Source: an uncultured Bordetella sp.
GTDB lineage: Bacteria > Pseudomonadota > Gammaproteobacteria > Burkholderiales > SG8-39
Assembly: GCA_964599095.1 (NCBI GenBank)
Contig: CAZREB010000014.1
Span: 64,033-128,032 of the forward strand
Length of the DNA: 64,000 nt
Reading direction: 5' to 3'
Shown: positions 34,839 to 46,866 of the stretch, piece after piece
Layout of the letters: each line of letters begins with the position of its first letter
Numbering within the stretch: position 1 is the first letter of the stretch
Position numbers and translations under genes: made by a program
Notes under the pieces: generated by a model
The model's database searches: none
What the model was told of the DNA's origin: nothing
What the model saw: only the letters and a program-made list of their open reading frames with translations

Positions 34839-35243
34839 ATGGAAACCTGGACGAAATTCATCATCGTGGTTCATGTACTTGTGGCGCTCGCCGTGATCGG
34901 GCTGGTGCTGCTCCAGCACGGCAAGGGCGCCGACATGGGATCGGGCTTCGGCGGCGGATCGTCAGGCAGCCTGTTCGGCGCTTCGGGCTCGGCGAATTTC
35001 CTGTCGCGTGCGACAGCCATCCTCGCGACGGTGTTCTTCCTCACGAGCCTGGGCCTGGGCTACCTCGCCACACACAAACCCAAGGCCGGCAGCGGGGTCA
35101 TGGATGCGGTGAAGACCGAACCGGCTGCGCCGGCCGCGGACAAGAAGGGCGCGGACGCTCCGAAGGCACCCGCCGCCAAGGACGCGCCCAAGGAGCCCGG
35201 CAAGGACGCCACCGGCAGCAAGGGAAAGGAAGTGCCGAACTAA
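34839..35243 (+). CDS. secG: preprotein translocase subunit SecG
   Basis: [35 protein letters not shown] is the SecG signature. The C-terminus is Ala/Pro/Lys-rich. Confidence 0.85.
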   Translation: METWTKFIIVVHVLVALAVIGLVLLQHGKGADMGSGFGGGSSGSLFGASGSANFLSRATAILATVFFLTSLGLGYLATHKPKAGSGVMDAVKTEPAAPAADKKGADAPKAPAAKDAPKEPGKDATGSKGKEVPN

Positions 35244-35323
35244 GTGCAAGCGCGGCGAAACTTTCGCAAAACCTGATGCCACGTTTCGGTGGCCGCGAGT
35301 TTTTGGGGGATAATTGCCGCACC

Positions 35324-35411
35324 GCCCACGTGGTGAAATTGGTAGACACGCCAGCTTGAGGGGCTGGTGGCCTAAACAGCCGTAGCAGTTCGAGTCTGCT
35401 CGTGGGCACCA
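35324..35411 (+). tRNA. tRNA-Leu (anticodon GAG), long variable arm, encoded CCA
   Basis: Acceptor stem GCCCACG/CGTGGGC. Anticodon stem CCAGC/GCTGG with loop TTGAGGG. Variable arm GGCCTAAACAGCC. T-arm GCAGTTCGAGTCTGC. Confidence 0.9.
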
Positions 35412-35418
35412 TAAGCAA

Positions 35419-35446
35419 GCGGAGCCGGTAACAGTCCCGGCTCCGC
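35419..35446 (+). other. GC-rich hairpin just after tRNA-Leu (10-bp stem, 8-nt loop), no U-tract
   Basis: GCGGAGCCGG (35419-35428) pairs with CCGGCTCCGC (35437-35446). Only two T follow, so this is not a canonical intrinsic terminator. Confidence 0.3.
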
Positions 35447-35516
35447 GGTTCGAACAAACCGAATTCGGGAACGAGAAAAAAACAACTCCGGGCCTGGCCT
35501 GCCGGACCAAAAGCGA

Positions 35517-35873
35517 ATGCTCGCTGAGTACTTTCCGATCCTCCTGTTCATCTTCGTCGCCATCGGCGTCGGCGTAGTGCCCATGGTGCTGGGCAAGCTG
35601 GTCGGCCCCTCGCGACCGGACCCGGAGAAGCTGTCGCCCTACGAGTGCGGCTTCGAGGCGTTCGAGGACGCGCGCATGAAGTTCGACGTGCGCTACTACC
35701 TCGTCGCAATCCTGTTCATCCTGTTCGACCTGGAAATCGCGTTCCTCTTCCCGTGGGCCGTGGTGCTGAACGAGATCGGCCTGTTCGGGTTCGTCTCGAT
35801 GATGGTGTTCCTCGCCATCCTCGTCGTCGGCTTCGTCTACGAGTGGATGAAAGGAGCCCTGGAATGGGAATAG
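35517..35873 (+). CDS. nuoA: NADH-quinone oxidoreductase subunit A
   Basis: 118 aa, 3 TM, YECGF motif, first gene of the nuo cluster. Confidence 0.9.
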   Translation: MLAEYFPILLFIFVAIGVGVVPMVLGKLVGPSRPDPEKLSPYECGFEAFEDARMKFDVRYYLVAILFILFDLEIAFLFPWAVVLNEIGLFGFVSMMVFLAILVVGFVYEWMKGALEWE

Positions 35874-36340
35874 AAGGCGTCCTCAACGAGGGATTCGTCA
35901 CCACGACGGCCGACAAGGTGATCAACTGGACGCGCACCGGCTCGCTCTGGCCGATGACCTTCGGCCTCGCCTGCTGCGCGGTGGAAATGATGCATGCGGG
36001 CGCCGCACGCTACGACCTCGACCGCTTCGGGATCGTTTTCCGCCCGAGCCCCCGGCAATCCGACCTGATGATCGTCGCCGGGACGCTGTGCAACAAGATG
36101 GCGCCGGCGCTGCGCAAAGTGTACGACCAGATGGCCGAGCCGCGCTGGGTGCTCTCGATGGGCTCGTGCGCCAACGGCGGCGGCTATTACCACTATTCGT
36201 ATTCGGTGGTTCGCGGCTGCGACCGCATCGTCCCGGTGGACGTTTACGTCCCCGGATGCCCGCCGACCGCGGAAGCCCTGCTGTACGGGCTGGTGCAATT
36301 GCAGAACAAGATAAAACGCACCAATACAATTGCGCGCTGA
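35864..36340 (+). CDS. nuoB: NADH-quinone oxidoreductase subunit B
   Basis: [27 protein letters not shown] and VPGCPP (N2 cluster ligands). Internal ATG 35864 has an RBS and overlaps the nuoA end. Confidence 0.9.
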   Translation: MGIEGVLNEGFVTTTADKVINWTRTGSLWPMTFGLACCAVEMMHAGAARYDLDRFGIVFRPSPRQSDLMIVAGTLCNKMAPALRKVYDQMAEPRWVLSMGSCANGGGYYHYSYSVVRGCDRIVPVDVYVPGCPPTAEALLYGLVQLQNKIKRTNTIAR

Positions 36341-36341
36341 A

Positions 36342-36950
36342 ATGACGCCCAAGCTGCAGCGCCTGCACGACGCGCTCCAATCGACCCTCGGCACACGGAT
36401 CGCGTCGCTGAAGGAAGCGCTCGGCGAACTGACGCTCGAAGTGAAGGCGGCGGACTACCGCGCGGTCGCGCAGCAACTGCGCGATTCGGGCGACCTTGCC
36501 TTCGAGGAACTCATCGACCTGTGCGGCGTCGACTACTCGACCTATGGCGACCGTCCGCCCGAGGACGGTGCCGGCACGCGCTTTGCGGTTGTGAGCCACC
36601 TGCTGTCCGTCAGCCACAACTGGCGGCTGCGCCTGCGGGTGTTCTGCCCGGATGCGGATTTCCCGATGGTCGACTCGCTGATCGAGGTCTGGCCTTCGTG
36701 CAACTGGTACGAGCGCGAGGCGTTCGACCTCTTCGGCATCGTCTTTGACGGCCATCCCGACCTGCGGCGCATCCTCACCGACTACGGCTTCATCGGGCAC
36801 CCGTTCCGCAAGGATTTCCCGATCTCGGGCTATGTCGAGATGCGTTACGACCCCGATCAGAAGCGCGTGATCTACCAGCCGGTGACGATCGAGCCGCGCG
36901 AGGTCACCCCGCGCATCGTGCGCGAAGAGCACTACGCGGAAGGCAAGTAG
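36342..36950 (+). CDS. nuoC: NADH-quinone oxidoreductase subunit C
   Basis: [24 protein letters not shown] signature. It is separate from nuoD, not fused. Confidence 0.9.
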   Translation: MTPKLQRLHDALQSTLGTRIASLKEALGELTLEVKAADYRAVAQQLRDSGDLAFEELIDLCGVDYSTYGDRPPEDGAGTRFAVVSHLLSVSHNWRLRLRVFCPDADFPMVDSLIEVWPSCNWYEREAFDLFGIVFDGHPDLRRILTDYGFIGHPFRKDFPISGYVEMRYDPDQKRVIYQPVTIEPREVTPRIVREEHYAEGK

Positions 36951-36955
36951 CGCGC

Positions 36956-38209
36956 ATGGCCGAGATCCGCAATTACACGCTCAACTTCGGGCCCCAGCAC
37001 CCGGCGGCGCACGGCGTGCTGCGCCTGGTGCTCGAACTCGACGGCGAGGTGATCCAGCGCGCCGACCCGCACATCGGCCTCTTGCACCGCGCGACCGAAA
37101 AGCTGGCCGAGCACAAGACGTTCCTGCAGTCGGTGCCGTACATGGACCGGCTCGACTACGTGTCGATGATGTCGAACGAGCACGCGTACGTCATGGCGAT
37201 CGAGAAGCTCGCCGGCATCGAGGTGCCGGTGCGCGCCCAGTACATCCGCGTGATGTTCGACGAGATCACGCGGATCCTGAACCACCTGCTCTGGCTCGGC
37301 GCGCACGGCCTGGACATCGGCGCGATGACGGTGTTCCTCTACTGCTTCCGCGAGCGCGAAGACCTGATGGACGCCTACGAAGCGGTGTCGGGCGCGCGTA
37401 TGCACGCGGCTTACTACCGGCCGGGCGGTGTCTATCGCGACCTGCCCGACTCGATGCCGCAGTACACCGCAATGAAGGTGCACAACGAGCGCGAAATCCG
37501 CAAGATGAACGAGAATCGCAGCGGGACGCTGCTCGACTTCATCGACGACTTCACGAAGCGCTTTCCGGCGTGCGTCGACGACTACGAGACGCTGCTCACC
37601 GAGAACCGCATCTGGAAGCAGCGCACGGTCGGCGTCGGCGTGGTTTCTCCCGAGCGCGCCAAGGCCCTGGGGTTCACCGGAGCGATGCTTCGCGGCTCGG
37701 GCGTCGAGTGGGACCTGCGCAAGAAGCAGCCCTACGAGGTCTACGACAAGCTCGACTTCGACATTCCCGTCGGCGTCAACGGCGATTGCTACGACCGCTA
37801 CCTCGTCCGGATGGAGGAGTTCCGGCAGTCGAACCGGATCATCAAGCAGTGCGTCGATTGGCTGCGCGCAAACCCGGGGCCGGTGATCGTGGACAACCAC
37901 AAGGTCGCGCCGCCCCCGCGCGCCGGCATGAAGCAGAACATGGAAGAACTGATCCACCACTTCAAGCTGTTCACCGAAGGCATGCACGTGCCGGCCGGCG
38001 AGGCGTACGCGGCGGTCGAGCACCCGAAGGGCGAGTTCGGCATCTACCTGGTATCGGACGGGGCGAACAAGCCGTATCGCCTCAAGATCCGCGCGCCCGG
38101 TTATGCGCACCTTGCGGCGCTCGACGAGATGGCCCGCGGCCACATGATCGCCGATGCGGTCGCCATCATCGGGACGCAGGACATCGTGTTCGGGGAGATC
38201 GATCGTTGA
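36956..38209 (+). CDS. nuoD: NADH-quinone oxidoreductase subunit D
   Basis: [15 protein letters not shown] and the [15 protein letters not shown]-terminus. Confidence 0.95.
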   Translation: MAEIRNYTLNFGPQHPAAHGVLRLVLELDGEVIQRADPHIGLLHRATEKLAEHKTFLQSVPYMDRLDYVSMMSNEHAYVMAIEKLAGIEVPVRAQYIRVMFDEITRILNHLLWLGAHGLDIGAMTVFLYCFREREDLMDAYEAVSGARMHAAYYRPGGVYRDLPDSMPQYTAMKVHNEREIRKMNENRSGTLLDFIDDFTKRFPACVDDYETLLTENRIWKQRTVGVGVVSPERAKALGFTGAMLRGSGVEWDLRKKQPYEVYDKLDFDIPVGVNGDCYDRYLVRMEEFRQSNRIIKQCVDWLRANPGPVIVDNHKVAPPPRAGMKQNMEELIHHFKLFTEGMHVPAGEAYAAVEHPKGEFGIYLVSDGANKPYRLKIRAPGYAHLAALDEMARGHMIADAVAIIGTQDIVFGEIDR

Positions 38210-38210
38210 A

Positions 38211-38293
38211 AAATCGGGGACAGACCACGTTTTTCCTGATGGGTCTTCATTCACAATTCGGCTGCGTCGAAAAGCGTGGTCTGTCCCCGATTT
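38211..38293. repeat. REP/MITE-like perfect 19-bp inverted repeat in the nuoD-nuoE spacer
   Basis: AAATCGGGGACAGACCACG (38211-38229) and its exact reverse complement CGTGGTCTGTCCCCGATTT (38275-38293), separated by 45 nt. Confidence 0.8.
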
Positions 38294-38303
38294 CGGTGCG
38301 CTG

Positions 38304-38783
38304 ATGCTTTCGCCTGAATCGCTCGGGAAGATCGACCGCGAGGTCGCCAAGTATCCCGCCGACCAGAAGCAGTCGGCGGTAATGGCCGCGCTCGTCATCG
38401 CGCAGGACGAAAAGGGCTGGCTGGCGACCGAGACGATGGATTTCGTGGCCCGGTACCTCGGCATGCCGCCGGTCGCCGTTTACGAGGTGGCGACGTTTTA
38501 CAACATGTACAACCTCGCACCGACCGGCAAGTTCAAGCTCACGATCTGCACTTGCCTGCCGTGCGGCCTGCAGGGCTCGCTCGCGGCCGCCGACCACCTC
38601 AAGCAGCGCCTCGGGATCGACTTCAACGAGACCACGGCCGACGGCAGGTTCACGCTCAAGGAAGGCGAGTGCATGGGCGCCTGCGCGATGGCGCCGGTGG
38701 TGCTCGTCAACAACAAGCGCATGTGCGATTACATGTCCAACGACAAGCTCGACAAGCTGGTCGAGGATCTGAGGAAGGCATGA
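38304..38783 (+). CDS. nuoE: NADH-quinone oxidoreductase subunit E
   Basis: [20 protein letters not shown] and CMGACAMAP ([2Fe-2S] ligands). Start at internal ATG 38304, after the repeat. Confidence 0.9.
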   Translation: MLSPESLGKIDREVAKYPADQKQSAVMAALVIAQDEKGWLATETMDFVARYLGMPPVAVYEVATFYNMYNLAPTGKFKLTICTCLPCGLQGSLAAADHLKQRLGIDFNETTADGRFTLKEGECMGACAMAPVVLVNNKRMCDYMSNDKLDKLVEDLRKA

Positions 38784-38784
38784 C

Positions 38785-40140
38785 ATGCTGAACTACGGTC
38801 CGGATTCGATCCTGATGGCCGGCATCGACGGCGCGAACTGGCGCCTCGCCGACTACGAGAAGCGCGACGGCTATGCGGCGCTCAAGAAGATCATCTCTGC
38901 GAAGATGAAGCCCGAAGACGTGATCGCCGAGGTCAAGAAATCCGGCCTGCGCGGCCGCGGCGGGGCGGGATTCCCGACCGGCCTCAAGTGGAGCTTCATG
39001 CCGCGCTCGTTTCCAGGCGCCAAGTACCTGGTCTGCAATTCGGACGAGGGCGAGCCCGGCACCTGCAAGGACCGCGACCTGCTGCGTTACAACCCGCACT
39101 CGGTGATCGAGGGCATGATCATCGGCGCCTATTCGATGGGGGCGACGGCTGGCTACAACTACATCCACGGCGAAGTCTGGGAAGTCTACGAGCAGTTCGA
39201 GGCGGCGCTCGAGGAAGCCCGCGCCGCGGGATACCTGGGCAGGAACATCCTCGGCTCGGAATTCAGCTTCGAGCTGTACGCGCACCCGGGCTACGGCGCC
39301 TACATCTGCGGCGAAGAGACCGCGTTGCTCGAATCGCTCGAGGGAAAAAAGGGCCAGCCGCGCTTCAAGCCGCCTTTCCCGGCGAGCTTCGGCCTGTACG
39401 GCAAGCCCACGACGATCAACAACACCGAGACGTTCGCCGCGGTCCCCTGGATCATGCGCAACGGCGGCGATGCGTTCCTCGCACTGGGCCGGCCGAACAA
39501 CGGCGGCACCAAGCTCTTCTCGGTAACCGGACACGTGAACCGGCCGGGCAACTACGAGGTCAGGCTGGGCACGCCGTTCGCAAAGCTCCTCGAAATGGCC
39601 GGCGGCGTGCGCAACGGCCACAAGCTGAAGGCGGTGATCCCGGGCGGCTCGTCGATGCCCGTGCTCCCTGCCGACGTGATGATGGCCACCGACATGGACT
39701 ACGACTCGATCGCGAAGGCCGGCTCGATGCTCGGCTCGGGCGCGGTCATCGTCATGGACGAGACCACCTGCATGGTGCGGGCGCTCGAGCGACTTTCGTA
39801 TTTCTACTACGAGGAGTCGTGCGGGCAGTGCACGCCCTGCCGCGAAGGCACCGGGTGGCTCTATCGCGTGGTAAATCGCATCGAGAACGGCGCCGGGCGC
39901 CCCGAGGACCTCGCCCTGCTCGACAATGTCTCGGACAACATCGCCGGACGCACGATCTGCGCGCTTGGCGATGCGGCGGCACTGCCGGTCAAGAGCTTCC
40001 TGAAGCATTTCCGCAGCGAGTTCGAGTACCACATCGAGAACAGGCGCTGCCTCGTGGGCGGTCCGCAGTCCGAGCCGAAATGGGGAAGATCCGGCGCCCA
40101 TCGGCCGGTGCAGGCTCCCGACATAGCCAAGGCGGCATAG
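38785..40140 (+). CDS. nuoF: NADH-quinone oxidoreductase subunit F
   Basis: [16 protein letters not shown] (FMN/NADH site) and [12 protein letters not shown] (N3 cluster), plus a C-terminal tail of about 25 aa. Confidence 0.95.
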   Translation: MLNYGPDSILMAGIDGANWRLADYEKRDGYAALKKIISAKMKPEDVIAEVKKSGLRGRGGAGFPTGLKWSFMPRSFPGAKYLVCNSDEGEPGTCKDRDLLRYNPHSVIEGMIIGAYSMGATAGYNYIHGEVWEVYEQFEAALEEARAAGYLGRNILGSEFSFELYAHPGYGAYICGEETALLESLEGKKGQPRFKPPFPASFGLYGKPTTINNTETFAAVPWIMRNGGDAFLALGRPNNGGTKLFSVTGHVNRPGNYEVRLGTPFAKLLEMAGGVRNGHKLKAVIPGGSSMPVLPADVMMATDMDYDSIAKAGSMLGSGAVIVMDETTCMVRALERLSYFYYEESCGQCTPCREGTGWLYRVVNRIENGAGRPEDLALLDNVSDNIAGRTICALGDAAALPVKSFLKHFRSEFEYHIENRRCLVGGPQSEPKWGRSGAHRPVQAPDIAKAA

Positions 40141-40146
40141 GACACC

Positions 40147-42402
40147 ATGCTCAAGGTCGAAGTCGACGGCAGGCAAGTGGAAGTCCAGCACGGCGCCACC
40201 GTGATGGATGCGGCCAATGCGCTCGGCATCTACGTGCCGCATTTCTGCTACCACAAGAAGCTCTCGATCGCCGCCAACTGCCGCATGTGCCTCGTGGAGG
40301 TGGAGAAGGCGCCCAAACCGCTGCCGGCCTGCGCCACGCCTTGCACCGACGGCATGAAGGTCAAGACCCACTCGCCGGGCGCGCAGAAGGCGCAGAACGG
40401 CGTGATGGAGTTCCTGCTGATCAACCACCCGCTCGACTGCCCGATCTGCGACCAGGGGGGCGAGTGCCAGCTGCAGGACCTCGCGGTCGGCTACGGCAAG
40501 GGAAGCTCGCGCTACCAGGAAGAAAAGCGCGTCGTCCTGCACAAGGACATCGGACCGCTGGTGGCGGCCGAGGAAATGAGCCGCTGCATCCAGTGCACGC
40601 GCTGCGTGCGTTTCGGCCAGGAGATCGCGGGCGTCATGGAACTCGGCATGATCGGCCGCGGCGAGCATTCGGAAATCGTCGCCTTCGTCGGCAAGACGGT
40701 CGATTCGGAGTTGTCGGGCAACATGATCGACCTGTGCCCGGTCGGCGCATTGACTTCCAAGCCCTTCCGCTATTCGGCGCGCACCTGGGAACTGGCACGC
40801 CGCAAGAGCGTGTCCCCGCACGACGGCCTGGGTTCCAACCTCGTCGTGCAGGTCAAGCAGAACAAGGTCATGCGCGTGCTGCCGCTCGAGAACGAGGACG
40901 TGAACGAGTGCTGGCTGTCGGACAAGGACCGCTTCTCGTACGAAGGGCTGAATTCGCCCGAGCGGCTGACGCAGCCGATGGTCAAGCGCGACGGCCTCTG
41001 GGAGAAGACCGACTGGCAGACCGCGCTCGAACAGGTGGCCGCCGGGCTCAAGGCCGCCGGCAGCGACGTCGGCCTGCTGGCCTCGCCCCATTCGACGCTC
41101 GAGGAACTCCATCTCGCGCAGAAGCTGGTGCGCGGCCTGGGCAGCGAGAAGATCGACTTCCGCCTGCGGCAATCGGATTTCTCGGCCGACGGCAGGCTCG
41201 AAGGCGCCCCGTGGCTCGGCATGCAGGTGAAGGAACTCGGCAGCCTCGACCGCGTGCTGGTGGTCGGCTCGTTCCTGACCAAGGACCACCCGCTGATCGC
41301 CAGCCGGCTGCGCCAGGCGGCCAAGCGCGGCCTCAGGATCAGCGTCCTGCATTCGACGGACGACGACCTGCTGATGAAGGTCGCCAACAAGCAGGTGGTT
41401 TCCCCGGCGGACCTGCCCGGTGCCTTGGCCAAAGTCATGGACGGCCCGATCGGCGAGAGCCTCAAATCGGGCAAGAATGTCGCCATCCTGCTGGGCAACA
41501 TGGCGCAGCAGCATCCCCAGGCGGCGCAGTTGCACGCAATTGCCCAATCGATCGCGGCGACCATCGGGGCAAAGGTCGGATTCCTGGGCGAGGCCGCCAA
41601 CAGTGTCGGGGGCTATGTCGCCAGGGCCAACGGGTCGGTGAATGCCGCCGCGATCATCGCCGCGCCACCCAAGGCCTTCGTCGTGCTGAATGCCGAGGTC
41701 GAACTCGACTGCGCGGACGGGCGCGCGGCGCGCGCCGCCATGGACAAGGCGGGATTCGTCGTGGTCCTGACGCCCTTCCTGCACGGCGCGATCAATTATG
41801 CCGATGTCATCCTGCCGGTCTCGCCGTTTACCGAGACACCCGGGACCTTCATCAGCACCGAAGGCCGCGTGCAGACGTTCAATGCGACGGTCAGGCCGCT
41901 GGGCGAATCGCGCCCGGGCTGGAAAGTGCTGCGCGTGCTGGGCGGACTGCTGGGCCTCGACGGGTTCGGGCACGAAACGGCCGAGGAGGTGCGCGTCGAG
42001 TGCATCAAGGGCCGCGACGTCGCAACGCTCCTTTCGAACAGGACGGGCGTGGCCGTGCAGGCCGCGGCGCCGGCCGCCGCCGGGCTGCAGCGCGTCGCCG
42101 ACGTGCCGATCTACTTCGCCGATTCGCTGGTGCGGCGCTCGGAGCCGCTGCAGAAAGCGGCCGATTCCAGGCCGCCGCGCGCGCGCATGAATGCCGGGAC
42201 CCTGGCGGGCGCCGGGCTGGCCGATGGTGACCGGGTGCGCATCCGCATGGGCAGCGGGGCGGCCGAGTTGACGGTGGCTGCCGACGAGCGCGTCGCGGAC
42301 GGGTGCGTGCGGATCGCCGCCGCGCATCCGAGCACAGCCGGGCTCGGCGCGATGTTCGGCGCCGTCAGCCTCGAGAAGATCCCGGTGAAGGCGGCCGCCT
42401 GA
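40147..42402 (+). CDS. nuoG: NADH-quinone oxidoreductase subunit G
   Basis: N-terminal [2Fe-2S] [18 protein letters not shown], then [14 protein letters not shown] and [10 protein letters not shown] clusters. Confidence 0.95.
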   Translation: MLKVEVDGRQVEVQHGATVMDAANALGIYVPHFCYHKKLSIAANCRMCLVEVEKAPKPLPACATPCTDGMKVKTHSPGAQKAQNGVMEFLLINHPLDCPICDQGGECQLQDLAVGYGKGSSRYQEEKRVVLHKDIGPLVAAEEMSRCIQCTRCVRFGQEIAGVMELGMIGRGEHSEIVAFVGKTVDSELSGNMIDLCPVGALTSKPFRYSARTWELARRKSVSPHDGLGSNLVVQVKQNKVMRVLPLENEDVNECWLSDKDRFSYEGLNSPERLTQPMVKRDGLWEKTDWQTALEQVAAGLKAAGSDVGLLASPHSTLEELHLAQKLVRGLGSEKIDFRLRQSDFSADGRLEGAPWLGMQVKELGSLDRVLVVGSFLTKDHPLIASRLRQAAKRGLRISVLHSTDDDLLMKVANKQVVSPADLPGALAKVMDGPIGESLKSGKNVAILLGNMAQQHPQAAQLHAIAQSIAATIGAKVGFLGEAANSVGGYVARANGSVNAAAIIAAPPKAFVVLNAEVELDCADGRAARAAMDKAGFVVVLTPFLHGAINYADVILPVSPFTETPGTFISTEGRVQTFNATVRPLGESRPGWKVLRVLGGLLGLDGFGHETAEEVRVECIKGRDVATLLSNRTGVAVQAAAPAAAGLQRVADVPIYFADSLVRRSEPLQKAADSRPPRARMNAGTLAGAGLADGDRVRIRMGSGAAELTVAADERVADGCVRIAAAHPSTAGLGAMFGAVSLEKIPVKAAA

Positions 42403-43481
42403 TGCTCGACGCGCTCCTCTCGTACTCCGAGGCGCGCCTCGGCCCGCTGTGGGGCCCGGCCGTCTACGAGCTCGTGACGTCGCTTTTCTTCATCGTCTGC
42501 ATCGTGGTGCCGCTGATGCTTTCGATCGCGTACCTGACGCTTTGGGAAAGGAAGCTGATCGGCTGGATGCAGATCCGCATCGGCCCGAACCGCGTCGGGC
42601 CGTTCGGGCTGCTGCAGCCGATCGCCGACGGGGTCAAGCTGCTGTTCAAGGAGATCATCTCCCCCACGCAGGCGAGCACTCAGCTTTTCTTCCTTGCGCC
42701 GATCATGTCGCTGATGCCTGCGCTGGCGGCCTGGGCGGTGGTGCCGTTCGCGCCCGAGCTGGTGCTGGCCGACATCAACGCCGGCCTGCTCTACGTGATG
42801 GCGCTGTCGTCGCTCGGCGTCTACGGCGTGATCATCGCCGGCTGGGCCTCGAATTCGAAGTACGCGTTCCTCGGCGCGATGCGCTCGGCCGCGCAGATGG
42901 TGTCGTACGAGATCGCGATGGGCTTCGCGCTCGTCGTCGTCCTGATGGTCTCGGGCAGCCTGAACCTGTCGGATATCGTCAACGGGCAGGGCAAGGGCCT
43001 GTTCGCGTCGAAAGGCCTCAACTTCCTCTCGTGGAACTGGCTGCCTCTGATGCCGATCCTGGTCGTGTACTTCGTCGCCGGCGTGGCCGAAACCAACCGC
43101 GCGCCGTTCGACGTGGTGGAGGGCGAGTCCGAGATCGTGGCCGGCCACATGGTCGAGTACTCGGGCATGGCCTTTGCGATGTTCTTCCTCGCCGAATACG
43201 CCAACATGTGGCTGATCTCCGCGCTCACGGTGGTCATGTTCTTCGGCGGCTGGAACTCGCCGATCGACAGCACCGTGTTCCACTGGATCCCGCCGATCGG
43301 CTGGCTGGCGATCAAGATGTTCTTCGTCGTGTCCCTGTTCCTCTGGTTCAGGGCCACCTTCCCGCGATACCGCTACGACCAGATCATGCGCCTGGGCTGG
43401 AAGATCTTCATCCCGGTGACGCTCGTCTGGCTGGTCGTGATCGGCGCGTGGATGCAGACCCCCTGGTCGCTATGGAAATGA
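42402..43481 (+). CDS. nuoH: NADH-quinone oxidoreductase subunit H
   Basis: [29 protein letters not shown] and ETNRAPFD motifs. The ATG shares one base with the nuoG stop (TGATG). Confidence 0.95.
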   Translation: MLDALLSYSEARLGPLWGPAVYELVTSLFFIVCIVVPLMLSIAYLTLWERKLIGWMQIRIGPNRVGPFGLLQPIADGVKLLFKEIISPTQASTQLFFLAPIMSLMPALAAWAVVPFAPELVLADINAGLLYVMALSSLGVYGVIIAGWASNSKYAFLGAMRSAAQMVSYEIAMGFALVVVLMVSGSLNLSDIVNGQGKGLFASKGLNFLSWNWLPLMPILVVYFVAGVAETNRAPFDVVEGESEIVAGHMVEYSGMAFAMFFLAEYANMWLISALTVVMFFGGWNSPIDSTVFHWIPPIGWLAIKMFFVVSLFLWFRATFPRYRYDQIMRLGWKIFIPVTLVWLVVIGAWMQTPWSLWK

Positions 43482-43502
43482 ACCGCGAAAAGAGGACGGA
43501 CC

Positions 43503-43991
43503 ATGCAACGCATGCTTGAGTTCTTCCGCTCGTTCCTGCTGCTTGAGCTCCTGCGCGGCATGATGCTGACCGGGCGGCACCTCTTCGCCCGCAAGATCAC
43601 CGTGCAGTTCCCCGAGGAAAAGACGCCGATCAGCCCGCGCTTCCGGGGCCTGCATGCGCTGCGCCGCTATCCCAACGGCGAGGAACGCTGCATCGCCTGC
43701 AAGCTGTGCGAGGCGGTCTGCCCGGCGATGGCGATCCACATCGAGTCTGAGCAACGCGCCGACGGCACCCGCCGCACGACCCGATACGACATCGACCTCA
43801 CCAAGTGCATCTTTTGCGGTTTCTGCGAGGAGGCCTGCCCGGTGGATGCGATCGTCGAGACCCGCATCCTCGAATACCACGGCGAAAAGCGCGGCGACCT
43901 CTACTACACCAAGCCGATGCTGCTCGCGGTCGGCGCGAGGTACGAACACCAGATCGCGAAGGACCGCGAGGCCGACTCGGGCTATCGTTAG
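43503..43991 (+). CDS. nuoI: NADH-quinone oxidoreductase subunit I
   Basis: Two 4Fe-4S motifs: [12 protein letters not shown] and [12 protein letters not shown]. Confidence 0.95.
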   Translation: MQRMLEFFRSFLLLELLRGMMLTGRHLFARKITVQFPEEKTPISPRFRGLHALRRYPNGEERCIACKLCEAVCPAMAIHIESEQRADGTRRTTRYDIDLTKCIFCGFCEEACPVDAIVETRILEYHGEKRGDLYYTKPMLLAVGARYEHQIAKDREADSGYR

Positions 43992-43994
43992 ACC

Positions 43995-44597
43995 ATGATT
44001 TTCGAAACCGCCATTTTCTATTTTTTCGCTGCGATCCTGCTCGTCGCCTCGATAGCGGTGGTCACTGCGCGCAACCCGGTCCACGCGGCGCTTTTCCTGG
44101 TGCTCGCCTTCTTCACCGCCTCGGCGATCTGGATGCTGCTGCGCGCCGAATTCCTCGCCATTACCCTGGTCCTCGTCTATGTCGGCGCAGTGATGGTCCT
44201 GTTCCTGTTCGTGGTGATGATGCTCGACATCAACCTCGACCGCCTGCGCGAGGGCTTCTGGAGCTACCTGCCGCTCGGGGCCACGGTCGGCATCCTGATG
44301 GTGGCCGAGATGGTGCTGGTGCTCGGCGGACGCTATTTCGACTTCCTGCTGCCCAAGCCCCGGGACTACAGCCTGTCGTACAACAACACCAAGGAACTCG
44401 GCCGATTGCTCTACACCGAGTACATGTACGCTTTCGAGATCGCCGCAGTCGTCTTGCTGGTCGCGATCGTCGCGGCGATTGCGCTGACGCTGCGCCGCCG
44501 CAAGGACACTAAAGGCCAGGACCCCGCGGCCCAAGTGCGCGTCAAGCGGGCCGACCGGGTCCGGATCGTCTCGATGCCCGCGGAGAACGACAAGTGA
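43995..44597 (+). CDS. nuoJ: NADH-quinone oxidoreductase subunit J
   Basis: 200 aa, 5 [18 protein letters not shown] motif, and cluster position. Confidence 0.9.
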   Translation: MIFETAIFYFFAAILLVASIAVVTARNPVHAALFLVLAFFTASAIWMLLRAEFLAITLVLVYVGAVMVLFLFVVMMLDINLDRLREGFWSYLPLGATVGILMVAEMVLVLGGRYFDFLLPKPRDYSLSYNNTKELGRLLYTEYMYAFEIAAVVLLVAIVAAIALTLRRRKDTKGQDPAAQVRVKRADRVRIVSMPAENDK

Positions 44598-44902
44598 CGC
44601 TGACCCTGTCGCATTTCCTCGTCCTCGGGGCGCTGCTCTTCGCGATCAGCGTGGTCGGGATCTTCCTCAATCGCAAGAACGTGATCATCCTGCTGATGGC
44701 CATCGAGCTGATGCTGCTCGCGGTCAACCTCAATTTCGTCGCGTTCTCGCATTACCTCGGGGATCCGGCGGGGCAGGTGTTCGTCTTCTTCATCCTGACG
44801 GTGGCGGCAGCCGAATCGGCCATCGGCCTGGCGATCCTGGTGGTGCTGTTCCGCAACCTGAACACCATCAACGTCGACGACCTCGACTCGCTCAAGGGCT
44901 GA
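44594..44902 (+). CDS. nuoK: NADH-quinone oxidoreductase subunit K
   Basis: 102 aa, 3 [16 protein letters not shown] and [11 protein letters not shown]. It overlaps nuoJ (GTGA). Confidence 0.95.
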   Translation: MTLTLSHFLVLGALLFAISVVGIFLNRKNVIILLMAIELMLLAVNLNFVAFSHYLGDPAGQVFVFFILTVAAAESAIGLAILVVLFRNLNTINVDDLDSLKG

Positions 44903-44909
44903 TCCGGGG

Positions 44910-46856
44910 ATGAAGACGATTTACCTCATCGTTCCGTTCGCCCCGCTGGCCGGCGCGATCATCGCCGGGCTCTGGGGCCGCGCGATCGGCCGTGCCGGCG
45001 CGCATTCGGTGACGATCCTGTCGGTGCTCGTGTCGTTCCTCTGCTCGGTGGTGATCTTCCAGGACGTCATGGCCGGCAACACCTTCAACGGCACCGTCTA
45101 TACATGGATCACCAGCGGGGAGACCAGGCTCGAGATCGGCTTCCTGATCGACCGGTTGACCGCGATCATGATGATTGTGGTGACGTTCGTGTCGCTGATG
45201 GTGCACGTCTACACGATCGGCTACATGGCCGAGGACCCGGGCTACCAGAGATTCTTTTCCTACATCTCGCTGTTCACCTTCTCGATGCTGATGCTGGTGA
45301 TGGCGAACAACTTCCTGCAGCTGTTCTTCGGCTGGGAGGCCGTCGGCCTGGTGTCGTACCTGCTGATCGGCTTCTGGTACACGCGCCCGACCGCCATCTA
45401 CGCCAACATGAAGGCGTTCCTCGTGAACCGGGTCGGCGACTTCGGATTCATTCTCGGCATCGGTTTGGTGCTCGCCCATTTCGGCACGCTCGACTACAAC
45501 GCGGTGTTCTCGCAGGCGCCGGGCGTGGCCGGCAAGACGATCGAGGTGTTTTCCGGCTCGCCGTGGCTATTGATGAGCGTGATCTGCATCTGCCTTTTTG
45601 TGGGGGCGATGGGCAAGAGCGCGCAGTTCCCGCTGCACGTCTGGCTGCCCGACTCGATGGAAGGCCCGACGCCGATCTCGGCGCTGATCCACGCGGCCAC
45701 GATGGTCACGGCCGGGATCTTCATGGTGGCGCGCATGTCGCCGCTGTTCGAGTTGTCGCAGACGGCGCTTTCGGTGGTGCTGGTGATCGGCGCGATCACC
45801 GGCCTCCTGATGGCGATGGTCGCGATCACACAGTTCGACATCAAACGGGTGGTGGCGTATTCGACACTCTCCCAGCTTGGCTACATGACGATGGCGCTCG
45901 GCGCCTCGGCCTACTCGGTGGCGATCTTCCACCTGATGACCCACGCGTTCTTCAAAGCGGTGCTTTTTCTCGGTGCCGGCTCGGTGATCATCGCGATGCA
46001 TCACGAGCAGGACATGCGCAGGATGGGGGGCCTGAAGAAGTACATGCCGATCACCTACTGGACAGTGTTGATCGGCGCGCTCGCGAATGCGGGATTTCCG
46101 CCTTTCGCCGGGTTTTTCTCGAAGGACACGATCATCGAAGCGCTGCACGCTTCGCACACCCCGGGCGCTACGTTGGCGTATGTGGCGGCCGTGCTGGGCG
46201 TGTTCTTCGGCGGACTCTACTCGATGCGGCTGGTGTTCATGACGTTCCATGGCAAAGAACGCATGGATGCGCATACCAAAGCGCATCTGCACGAGACACC
46301 GTGGGTGGTCACGCTGCCGCTGGTACTGCTCGCGATCCCGTCGGTGGCCGCCGGATGGACGATTGGCACAGTGGTCTACGGCGACTATTTCGGCCCCTCC
46401 ATCCAGGTCCTCGAACAGCACGGCGCGATGGCGGAACTCAAAGAGGAATTCCACGGCGTCTGGTCGATGATGCTGCACGGCCTCACTGCGCTGCCGTTCT
46501 GGCTCGCGGTCGCCGGCGCGGCCACTGCCTGGTATCTCTATATCGCTCGACCGGACTTGCCGAAAGCGGTGGCCGGAAAATTCGGGCTGCTGTACGCGAT
46601 CGTCGAACGCAAGTACGGTTTCGACGAACTCTATGCGTGGCTGCTGGCCGGCGGCGCACGGATCTTGGGGAACGGCCTGTGGAAATTCGGTGACCAGCGA
46701 GTGATCGACGGGCTGGCCGTCAACGGCTCGGCTCGCATCGTCGGCTGGTTCTCCGGGATCGTTCGCCTGTTCCAGACCGGTCTGGTTTATCAGTACGCAT
46801 TCACGATGATCATTGGCGTGTTCGTGCTGCTCACGCTCTGGTTCGCCCGGCCGTAG
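44910..46856 (+). CDS. nuoL: NADH-quinone oxidoreductase subunit L
   Basis: 648 aa antiporter-like subunit with FFGWEAVGLVSYLLIGFW and KSAQFPLHVWLPDSMEGPTP. Confidence 0.95.
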   Translation: MKTIYLIVPFAPLAGAIIAGLWGRAIGRAGAHSVTILSVLVSFLCSVVIFQDVMAGNTFNGTVYTWITSGETRLEIGFLIDRLTAIMMIVVTFVSLMVHVYTIGYMAEDPGYQRFFSYISLFTFSMLMLVMANNFLQLFFGWEAVGLVSYLLIGFWYTRPTAIYANMKAFLVNRVGDFGFILGIGLVLAHFGTLDYNAVFSQAPGVAGKTIEVFSGSPWLLMSVICICLFVGAMGKSAQFPLHVWLPDSMEGPTPISALIHAATMVTAGIFMVARMSPLFELSQTALSVVLVIGAITGLLMAMVAITQFDIKRVVAYSTLSQLGYMTMALGASAYSVAIFHLMTHAFFKAVLFLGAGSVIIAMHHEQDMRRMGGLKKYMPITYWTVLIGALANAGFPPFAGFFSKDTIIEALHASHTPGATLAYVAAVLGVFFGGLYSMRLVFMTFHGKERMDAHTKAHLHETPWVVTLPLVLLAIPSVAAGWTIGTVVYGDYFGPSIQVLEQHGAMAELKEEFHGVWSMMLHGLTALPFWLAVAGAATAWYLYIARPDLPKAVAGKFGLLYAIVERKYGFDELYAWLLAGGARILGNGLWKFGDQRVIDGLAVNGSARIVGWFSGIVRLFQTGLVYQYAFTMIIGVFVLLTLWFARP

Positions 46857-46866
46857 ACGGCAGACA

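Noticed and set aside
35324-35411. tRNA-Leu as the integration site (att) of the upstream resistance block.
   Set aside because: tpiA and secG lie between the block and the tRNA. tpiA-secG-tRNA-Leu-nuoA is a conserved core arrangement in betaproteobacteria. I saw no duplicated tRNA 3' segment elsewhere in the window.
38707-42327. 1206-aa ORF on the minus strand opposite nuoF/nuoG. Similar giant antisense ORFs occur at 54247-57303, 23478-25298, 45567-47018, 46831-48336 and 36932-38464.
   Set aside because: Their translations are Arg/Ala/Gly/His-rich low-complexity sequence with no motifs. They lie antisense to genes with unmistakable signatures (nuo, czcA, TRAP, rhodanese). Long stop-free antisense frames are expected in GC-rich DNA.
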